From contig SMSO01000014.1 of assembly GCA_004764695.1 (NCBI GenBank), forward strand, positions 7,120,029 through 7,184,028: a stretch of DNA of 64,000 nt, read 5' to 3'. The notes under the pieces are model-generated. The model was not told the DNA's origin. It saw only the letters and a list, made by a program, of their open reading frames with translations, and searched no databases. Shown in pieces: positions 23,963 through 34,008 of this stretch (position 1 is the first letter of the stretch; each line of letters starts with the position of its first letter). Source of the stretch: Schizochytrium sp. TIO01. Its lineage: Eukaryota; Protista; Bigyra: Labyrinthulomycetes. The position numbers were made by a program, and so were the translations under genes.

Positions 23963-24403
23963 TTAAACCCAAGGTTCCATTCGTTCTCTAGAGAGCCGCA
24001 CGTCAAAAATGACACCATCGTTCGCACCGGTAATCAAGGTGCTAGAGAGTGTGACATCAAAGAGATAATTGCCGTAAGAAATGTCCTGCTTTTGGATGTC
24101 TCCTAGACAGTCAATGTCTAGCTCAGGGAGGCAAATTTCGCCTAGAAAGCCGCGCAGTCGGGCTGGTGCAATGTAAACCCTATCCCCGTCTTCTTCAATT
24201 AAGGCAAGATCAGACTCTTCGAGAGGGAGCACCTCGTGCGCAGCAGGGGAAACGCACATGGCCACTTTGGCATTATCATACTTGTACGCAAATAGAACGA
24301 CCGTCTCACTAAGCAACTCAAGAGAGTATTCAATGTTGTCCTGATGAAATCCAACATCTTCTTCCTTTTCGTAATCCACGTAGAAATTCGGTAGCCAAGC
24401 CAT
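23963..24403 (-). CDS. Hypothetical acidic protein (~146 aa)
   Basis: Open frame with protein-like composition from ATG 24403 (MAWLPNFY...); no recognised motif. Confidence 0.5.
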   Translation of the reverse strand: MAWLPNFYVDYEKEEDVGFHQDNIEYSLELLSETVVLFAYKYDNAKVAMCVSPAAHEVLPLEESDLALIEEDGDRVYIAPARLRGFLGEICLPELDIDCLGDIQKQDISYGNYLFDVTLSSTLITGANDGVIFDVRLSRERMEPWV

Positions 24404-25679
24404 TTGTTTTCTGGGTCTGGTACGTTTGTTTTCTTCTTCTTGTTTTACTTCTACGTTTCTCTTGGGTTTGGGCCGGTTCTGTAGTGGATATGGCAACACA
24501 CGCGCAAAAAAGAATAACAGGGTCCCAACAATAAACAATTTTTGGTTTGGATCGTCGTCAATTTCGTCCTCTTTCCTCTCGCACACTTCGAAAGACTAGA
24601 TATGATATTGTTGTAGCTCTGCATAAAGGAGGGTGCAGGCTCCAACGAGACAGAGGTTGTGTGTTTGACCTCTCTTGATGTTTTCTAACCGTGAAAAGTC
24701 TTCAAACAAACTTGGGCCGATTGGAGTCCTGTCTACTTACCTATCTACAGATTTTGAGGTAGCAAAACACGATGAGGCAGTGCTGTTATCACAAGATCAT
24801 TATCCACCTCTTAACAAGAACACAGTTACGGAGGACTAATTTATTGAGTCCCTATTTCTTTCCGAGAACAAAACAAAGGAGAGAAGGGAGATAAGGAGGA
24901 ACAAGATTCGGAAATAATCAGACTTTATTCATTTGTTTTGGGCAGGCAGAACCCTTAAATTGCTAGCTTTCTATACCTCTCGAAGCTCAGGAGCAGGGAT
25001 GCGAGTGCATTGTTCTCTTGACAATCAATTGAAGTATAATAGCTAAGTGTGTACATAGGTATGTATCTATAAGTAGAACGTTCACCATCCCACTCGGACA
25101 AGATGGACCTTGCCAGCAGTTCCTGAATGTTAATGCTAACCATTCTTTTCCTTCATTCCTCTATCTACGCTATCTCTTGGTGAACGCCTCACGCTAACTT
25201 GCAATACAATTGCAGAATGCAAAGAAAATCTTTGCATCTAAAAGGACACCTAATAGGAATACTTTTCTTTTGGGGGCCAAGATAATCATTAGCTTATTTT
25301 CCAGATACACTGTCGAATAGGCAGAAAAACTTGTAGAAGGAGACAAATGTAATTTAAAATATTGCACAGGAGCTGAGCACAGCACAAATGGTTCGTCTGA
25401 AGTATCAAGTCCCAGAGGCTTGGCGAAAGCTATGGTGAAGCGTCTGCGACCACCTCATTGTCACTCTAGTCGATTTGCATACGAAATGGTGATCGGAATG
25501 AAAACTTTGCCCTGCATGCAAGTGATTTAGTCGATGAAAATAGGCGCCTTGCACGAGTGAACAAGCTCGCTGACGTATATCATGAGCATGCGTTCAAGGA
25601 GATTTAGACTCTGCACAATGATGTTGCCTGTTTTTTAGTTGTTCGAAAGGGAAAAACAGGAAGAAAAAAAAGGAAAAAA

Positions 25680-25797
25680 ACATTCAACACCGGGGCTTCG
25701 CATGCAGTCCCCTATCATACTACTGACCCGGCCCTACGCGACTTTACTTCTCAGTGCGAATGAGATGAGGTGTTACCCGCGTGGTATGATCGAATGT
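25680..25797 (-). rRNA. 5S rRNA
   Basis: Minus strand ACATTCGATCATACC...AGTAGTATGATAGGGGACT...GTTGAATGT, ~118 nt, terminal helix, followed by oligo-T terminators. Confidence 0.9.
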
Positions 25798-26256
25798 GCT
25801 GAGGAGAGGGTGCATGATGGATTTATACGTATCATTAATGTGATAGTCACTTACTTACTTTTTTGACGACTTAGGTGCAAGGTAGGTAGTATTAGGAGAG
25901 AGTGGAACCTCTGCAGCAAGCATCCCTGCAAAAGGTATTCTAGGAGTAGGCTTTAGGAAATAGGAATAGTCTTGAAAGAGCGAGAAAGAAAGGAGGTCAG
26001 CACATGCAGAACCCTGAGTAGGAAGGTTAGGTTCAGAATAGTAAAATATCCTTTTACTTCAAGAGCACCAAAAAACATCTCCTTCTTAGGGGAAACCATA
26101 GTAACTCAGCAGTTGCACAACTCTCTCATCGACTTGCAGCTTTACGTCCAGCAGGTTCGAAACCTTGTGCAACGACTGGGACTGTGCCACGAGCTTAGCT
26201 GAAAAGGCACACGCACGCGCCCGCTGGTTAAGGTATAGATCGTTACTTGCTGCGCG

Positions 26257-26333
26257 ATGTCAGACAACCCAGATGTTGTCTATGCCCTTGAAAAGCTTCA
26301 GAATGGCGCTACAACATTGAGGTAAGTTAACAC

Positions 26334-26410
<77 letters not shown>

Positions 26411-29400
26411 GGTAGTGGTTTGTTTTGTTGGATCGCAAGTTCATGCGATTGCTTGTTTCGTTGATTTATTGAGTATGCATCAATCGAAGAAACATCAAAA
26501 TGACAGCACAACAAAGGTGAAATCCTGAAAGCCAACCTAGATCACTCACGTCCATGCATGCACCTAATATAATGTATCATGTGTAATGTATTGCTGGCCA
26601 TCATTCAATCAAATCGACAGTCTTGAAGGCAACTGTATGGGCGACCATGACGCCAAGGCAGTGGCTGTGGCGCTGAAAGAGAACCGGTCGCTGACATCAC
26701 TTGAGTAAGTTGTCTACGCAACACCACAGTTCGTGGACTTGTTTGAACATGATGCTTGCTTTGTTATTTGGTGGGTGGGTCGGTGTTGTTTTCCAAGTTT
26801 ATGCAATCGCTTGTTTGTTTGATGGATGGATAAGTTGTCTATTTGACTGAGTATGCATTCATCGAACAGACAGCAAAATGACAACACAACAAAGATGAAA
26901 TCCTGAAAGCCAACCTAGATCACTCATGTCCCTGCATACATGCATGCATTTAATGCAATGTAATGTATTGCTTGCCATCATTGAATCAAATCGACAGTCT
27001 TGAGTATAACAATATTAGCGACGAGGGCGCTAAGGCAGTGGCTGCGGCGCTGAAAAAGAACCGGTCGCTGACATCACTTGAGTAAGTTGTTTTAGCAACA
27101 CCACAGCTCATGGACTTGTTTGTACATGATGCTTGCTTCGTTGGTTGTTATTTTGGTCGGTGTTGTTTTGCACGTTTATGGCAATCGGTCGTTTGATGGA
27201 TGGATGAATAAGTTGTCTTTTTGAGTGAGTATACATCCATGGAACAAAGAGCAAAATGACAACACAACAAAGATGAAATCTTGAAAGCCAACCTAGATCA
27301 CTCATGCCCCTGCATGCATGCCATGATTGACTCAAATCGACAGTCTTCAAAAAAACGAAATCGGCCCAGGGGGCGCCAAGGCATTGGCTGCGGCGCTGAA
27401 AAAGAACCGGTCGCTGAAATCACTTTAGTAAGTTGTCTTAGCAACACCACAGCTCATGGACTTGTTTGTACATGATGCTTGCTTCGTTGGTTGTTATTTT
27501 GGTCGGTGTTGTTTTGCACGTTTATGGCAATCGGTCGTTTGTTTGATGGATGGATAAGTTATTTGTTTGACGAAGTATACATCCATCGAACAAAGAGCAA
27601 AATGACAACACAACAAAGATGAAATCCTGAAAGCCAACCTAGATCACTCATGCCCCTGCATGCATGCCGTGATTGAATCAAATCGACAGTGTTTCTAACA
27701 ACAATATCGGCGAAGATGGCGCCAAGGCATTGGCTGCGGCGCTGAAAGAGAACCGGTCGCTGACATCACTTGTGTAAGTTGTCTTAGCAACACCACAGCT
27801 CATGGACTTGTTTGTACATGATGCTTGCTTCGTTGGTTGTTATTTTGGTTGGTGTTATTTTGCACGTGTATGGCAATCGGTTGTTTGTTTGATGGATGGA
27901 TAAGTTGTCTGTTTGACTGAGTATGCATCAATCGAAGAAACATCAAAATGACAGCACAACAAAGGTGAAATCCTGAAAGCCAACCTAGATCACTCACATT
28001 CATGCATCCATGCATCTTATGTAATGTGTAATGTATTGCTTGCCATCATTGAATCAAATCGACAGTCTTGACGTCAACAAGATTGGCTCAGAGGGGGGCA
28101 AGGCATTGGCTGCGGCGCTGAAAGAGAACCGGTCGCTGACAGAACTTGGGTAAGTTGTCCTAGTAACACCACAGCTCATGGATTTGTTTGAACATGATGC
28201 GTGCTTCTTTGGTTGTTATTTTGGTCGGTGTTGTTTTGCGAGTTTATGCAATCGCTTGTTTGTTTGATGGAAGGATAAGTTGTCTATTTGACTGAGTATG
28301 CATCCATCGAACAAAGGCCAAAATGACAGCACAACAAAGATGAAATCTTGAAAGCCAATCTAGATCACTCATGCCCATGCATGCATGCCGTGATTGAATC
28401 AAATCGACAGTCTTAATGGCAACGATATCAGCGTCGAGGGCGCCAAGGCATTGGCTGCGGCGCTGAAAGAGAACCGGTCGCTGACATCACTTTAGTAAGT
28501 TGTCTTAGCAACATCACAGCTCATGGGCTTGTTTGCACATGATTGCTTGGTTGGTTGTTATTTTGGTCGGTGTTCTTTTGCACGTGTATGGCAATCGGTT
28601 GTTTGTTTGATGGATGGATAAGTTGTCTGTTTGACTGAGTATGCATCAATCGAAGAAACATCAACATGACAGCACTACAAAGGTGAAATCCTGAAAGGCA
28701 ACCTAGATCACTCACGTCCATGAATGCACCTAATGTAATGTATCATGTGTAACGTATTGCTTGCCATCATTGAATCAAATCGACAGTCTTTATCGCAACG
28801 ATATCGGCGAAGATGGCGCCAAGGCATTGGTTGAGGCGCTGAAAGAGAACCGGTCGCTGACATTACTTTAGTAAGTTGTCTAAGCAATATCACAGCTCAT
28901 GGACTTGTTTGTACATGATGCTTGCTTCGTTGGTGTGTTATTTTGGTCGGTGTTGTTTTGCAAGTTTATGTAATCGATTGCTTGTTTGATGGAAGTTATC
29001 TGTTTGACTTAGTATGCATCCATCGAACAAAGATCAAAATGACAACACCACAAAGATGAACTACTGAAAGCCAACCGAAATAACTGACGTCCATGCATGC
29101 CTCTATCTAATGCAATATAATGTACTACTTGCGATCATTGAATCAAATCAAAAGTCTTGGAGGGAACAAACTCGGCGAAGATGGCGCCAAGGCAGTGGCT
29201 GCGGGGCTGAAAGAGAACCGGTCGCAGACATCACTTGTGTAAGTTGTCTAAGCAACACCACACCTCATGGACTTGTTTGTACATGATGCTTGCTTCGTTG
29301 GTGTGTTATTTTGGTCGGTGTTGTTTTGCAAGTTTATGTAAGCGCTTGTTTGTTTGGTGGGAAAAAAAGTTGTCTGTTTGACAGAGTATGCACCCGTCGA

Positions 29401-32400
29401 ATAAACAGCAAAATGACAACACAACAAAGATGAAATCCTGAAAGCCAACCTAGATCACTCACGTACATGCATGCATGCGTGCATCTAATGCAATGTAATA
29501 AAGTGCTTTCCATCATTGAATCAAATTGATAGTCTTTCTAACAACAATATCGGCGAAGATGGCGCCAAGGAAGTTGCTGCAGCGCTGAAAGAGAACCGGT
29601 CGCTGACATCACTTGAGTAAGTTGTCTAAGCAACACCACACCTCATGGACTTGTTTGTACATGATGCTTGCTTCGTTGGTGTGTTATTTTGGTCGGTGTT
29701 GTTTTGCAAGTTTATGTAAGCGCTTGTTTGTTTGGTGGGAAAAAAGTTTGTCTGTTTGACTGAGTATGCATCCACCGAACCAAGATCAAAATGACAAGAC
29801 AACAAAAATGAAATCCTGAAAGCCAACCTAGATCACTCACGTCCATGCATGCATGCGTGCATCTATTGCAATGTAATATAATGCTTTCCATCATTGAATC
29901 AAATCGACAGTCTTTCTGAAAACAAAATCGGCTCAGAGGGCGCCAAGGCATTGGCTGTGGCGCTGAAAGAGAACCGGTCGCTGGCATCACTTGTGTAAGT
30001 TGTCTAAGCAACACCACACCTCATGGACTTGTTTGTACATGATGCTTGCTTCGTTGGTGTGTTATTTTGGTCGGTGTTGTTTTGCAAGTTTATGTAAGCG
30101 CTTGTTTGTTTGGTGGGAAAAAAAGTTGTCTGTTTGACAGAGTATGCATCCGTCGAATAAACAGCAAAATGACAACACAACAAAGATGAAATCCTGAAAG
30201 CCAACCTAGATCACTCACGTCCATGCATGCATGCGTGCATCTATTGCAATGTAATATAATGCTTTCCATTATTGAATCAAATCGACAGTCTTTCTGAAAG
30301 CAAAATCGGCTCAGAGGGCGCCAAGGCATTGGCTGCGGCGCTGAAAGAGAACCGGTCGCTGACATCACTTGTGTAAGTTGTCTAAGCAACACCACACCTC
30401 ATGGACTTGTTTGTACATGATGCTTGCTTCGTTGGTGTGTTATTTTGGTCGGTGTTGTTTTGCAAGTTTATGTAAGCGCTTGTTTGTTTGGTGGGAAAAA
30501 AAGTTGTCTGTTTGACAGAGTATGCACCCGTCGAATAAACAGCAAAATGACAACACAACAAAGATGAAATCCTGAAAGCCAACCTAGATCACTCACGTCC
30601 ATGCATGCATACGTGCATCTATTGCAATGTAATATAATGCTTTCCATCATTGAATCAAATCGACAGTCTTTCTGAAAACAAAATCGGCTCAGAGGGCGCC
30701 AAGGCATTGGCTGTGGCGCTGAAAGAGAACCGGTCGCTGACATCACTTGTGTAAGTTGTCTAAGCAACACCACACCTCATGGACTTGTTTGTACATGATG
30801 CTTGCTTCGTTGGTGTGTTATTTTTGTCAGTGTTGTTTTGCAAGTTTATGTAAGCGCTTGTTTGTTTGATGGATGGATAAGTTGTCTGTTTGACCGAGCA
30901 TGCATCCATCGAATAAACAGCAAAATGACAACACAACAAAGATGAAATCCTGAAAGCCAACCTAGATCACTCACGTACATGCATGCATGCGTGCATCTAA
31001 TGCAATGTAATAAAATGCTTTCCATCATTGAATCAAATTGATAGTCTTTCTAACAACAATATCGGCGAAGATGGCGCCAAGGAAGTTGCTGCAGCGCTGA
31101 AAGAGAACCGGTCGCTGACATCACTTGAGTAAGTTGTTTTAGCAACACCACACCTCATGGACTTGTTTGCACATGATGCTTGGTTGGTTGGTTGTTATTT
31201 TGGTCGGTGTTGTTTTGCACGTTTATGGCAATCGGTTGTTTGTTTGATGGATGGATAAGTTGTCTGTTTGACTGAGTATGCATCGATCGAACGTACATCA
31301 AAATGACAACACAACAAAGATGAAATCCTGAAAGCCAACCTAGATCACTCACGTCCATGCATGCACCTAATGTAATGTATCATGTGTAATGTATTGCTTA
31401 CCATCATTGAATCAAATCGACAGTCTTCAAGACAACGATATCGGCGAAGATGGCGCCAAGGCAGTGGCTGTGGCACTGAAAGAGAACCGGTCGCTGACAT
31501 CACTCAAGTAAGTTGTCTAAGCAACATCGCAGCTCATGGACTTGTTTGTACAGGATGCTTGCTTTGTTGTTTGGTGGATGGGTCGGTGTTGTTTTGCAAG
31601 TTTATGGCAATCGGTTGTTTGTTTGATGGATGGATAAGTTGTCTATTTGACTGAACATGCATCCATCGAACGTACAGCAAGATGACAACACAACAAAGAT
31701 GAAATCCTGAAAGCCAACCTAGATTACTCACGTCCATGCATGCATGCATCGGATGCACTGTATTGTACTGCTTGCCATCATTCAATCAAATCGACAGTCT
31801 TGGGGGCAACCAGATCGGCTTAGAGTGCGCTAAGGCATTGGCTGCGGCATTGAAAGAGAATCGGTCCCTGGAGTCACTTGCGTAAGTTGTCTTAGCAACA
31901 CCACAGCTCATGGACTTGTTTGTACATGATGCTTGCTTTGTTGATGTGTTATTTTGGTCGGTGTTGTTTTGCAAGTTTATGCAATCGGTTGTTTGTTTGA
32001 TGGATGGATAAGTTATTTGTTTGACGAGGTATACATCCATCGAACAAAGAGCAAAATGACAACACAACAAAGATGAAATCCTGGAAGCCAACCTAGATCA
32101 CTCACGTTCATTCATGCATGCGTGCATCTATTGCATTGCAATGTAATGTATTGCTTGCCATCATTGAATCAAATCGACAGTCTTAGAAAAAACAATATCG
32201 GCTCAGAGGGGGCCAAGGAAGTTGCTGCAGCGCTGAAAGAGAACCGGTCGCTGACATCACTTGAGTAAGTTGTTTTAGCAACACCACACCTCATGGACTT
32301 GTTTGCACATGATGCTTGGTTGGTTGGTTGTTATTTTGGTCGGTGTTGTTTTGCACGTTTATGGCAATCGGTTGTTTGTTTGATGGATGGATAAGTTGTC

Positions 32401-34008
32401 TATTTGACTGAACATGCATCCATCGAACGTACAGCAAGATGACAACACAACAAAGATGAAATCCTGAAAGCCAACCTAGATCACTCACGTCCATGCATGC
32501 ACCTAATGTAATGTATCATGTGTAATGTATTGCTTACCATCATTGAATCAAATCGACAGTCTTCAAGACAACGATATCGGCGAAGATGGCGCCAAGGCAG
32601 TGGCTGTGGCACTGAAAGAGAACCGGTCGCTGACATCACTCAAGTAAGTTGTCTAAGCAACATCGCAGCTCATGGACTTGTTTGTACAGGATGCTTGCTT
32701 TGTTGTTTGGTGGATGGGTCGGTGTTGTTTTGCAAGTTTATGGCAATCGGTTGTTTGTTTGATGGATGGATAAGTTGTCTATTTGACTGAGCATGCATCC
32801 ATCGAACGTACAGCAAGATGACAACACAACAAAGGTGAAATCCTGAAAGCTAACCTAGATCACTCACGTACATGCATGCACCTAATGTAATGTATCATGT
32901 GTAACGTATTGCTTGCCATCATTGAATCAAATCGACAGTCTTTATCACAGCAATATTGGCGAGGAGGGCATCAAGGCGGTGGCTGCGGCACTGAAAGAGA
33001 ACCGGTCGCTGACATCACTTGAGTAAGTTGTCTTAGCAACACCACAGCTCATGGGCTTGTTTGTACATGATGCTTGCTTCGTTGGTTGTTATTTTGGTCG
33101 GTGTTGTTCTGCAAGTTTATGGCAATCAGTCGTTTGATGGATGGATGAATAAGTTGTCTGTTTGAGTGAGTATACATCCATGGAGCAAAGAGCAAAATGA
33201 CAACACAACAAAGATAAATGCTGAAAGCCAACCTAGATCACTCACGTCCATGCATGCATGCGTGCATCTATTGTAATATGTAACGTGTAATGTATTGCTT
33301 GCCATCATTCAATCAAATCGACAGTCTTAGTTGCATCTATATCGGCGACGAGGGCGCCAAGGCATTGGTTGCGGCGCTGAAAGAGAACCGGTCGCTGACA
33401 TCACTCAAGTAAGTTGTCTTAGCAATAGCTCGTGAACTGGTTTGTGCATGCGGCTTAGTTGGTTGGTTGCGTTGTGGGGCGTCTAGTGTGTTGTTTTACC
33501 AATGTTTTTTTTAACACTATTGCAAATTTGTTGTGGAATTGTTTGTTTGATTGGAGTGGATCCAACAGAGAGCACGATAACATCAGAAAATAAATGCAAC
33601 TGTACTGTCAATACTGTGGGTGCCTTTTAATGACGTGAACTGTTAACTGACGAACGGAGTTGATGTCATTTGGGTTTTACTGATATTAGTATATTCTGGA
33701 GAGCGGATGAAATGTACGAGGAGCTCGAATTGAATGAAAGTATTTATTCTGCAAAGACAAGAAGAAAAACGATTGAACAGATATCTTGTGAGCTTCGTTG
33801 TATACATGTTGTAAACGATGCACTTTCTCTGCCGTTTGCAGTGAAGCGTAGTCTTCTTACACAAACTTGGCCTGTTAACAGCTCTAATGAGCTGAGTTCA
33901 AAAGAGGACTACCTTGCTGCGCAGAAAGTAGAGCTTGATTTGCTGGAAGCTGCAAATGTTGCCTTTAGTGAAGCATTGGGATGTCTAGGCCCTTATATTT
34001 TTGAATAA
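26257..34008 (+). CDS. Spliced 21-exon leucine-rich-repeat protein (RI/NLRC3-type LRRs, one per exon), predicted 659 aa
   Basis: Exon 1 is 26257-26321 (MSDNPDVVYALEKLQNGATTL). Nineteen 84-nt exons start at 26621, 26998, 27344, 27690, 28066, 28411, 28787, 29155, 29533, 29911, 30289, 30667, 31045, 31424, 31798, 32181, 32560, 32939 and 33325, each AG|T...|GTAAGT and each encoding LxxNxIGxxGAKAxAxALKENRSLTSL. The last exon is 33690-34008 in matching phase 2. Total 1980 nt with no internal stop. Confidence 0.88.
26334..26410. repeat. (GCTT)n microsatellite in intron 1 of the LRR gene
   Basis: Directly visible perfect tetranucleotide run. Confidence 0.95.
26411..33425. repeat. Tandem array of 19 intron+exon units, period 345-386 bp (mode 378), lying between a 5S gene and the rDNA unit
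   Basis: Periods measured between exon starts. Conserved intron blocks such as ATCCTGAAAGCCAACCTAGATCACTCA and GAATCAAATCGACAG. Confidence 0.97.

Noticed and set aside
26260-33308. Many short ORFs listed in the array on both strands
   Set aside because: They are repeated read-throughs of intron sequence or antisense frames; the spliced plus-strand model explains the conservation pattern.
26411-33425. CRISPR-like array (conserved repeats with variable inserts)
   Set aside because: The variable parts are codons within homologous spliced LRR exons rather than unrelated spacers; units are ~378 bp, there are no cas genes, and the context is eukaryotic.
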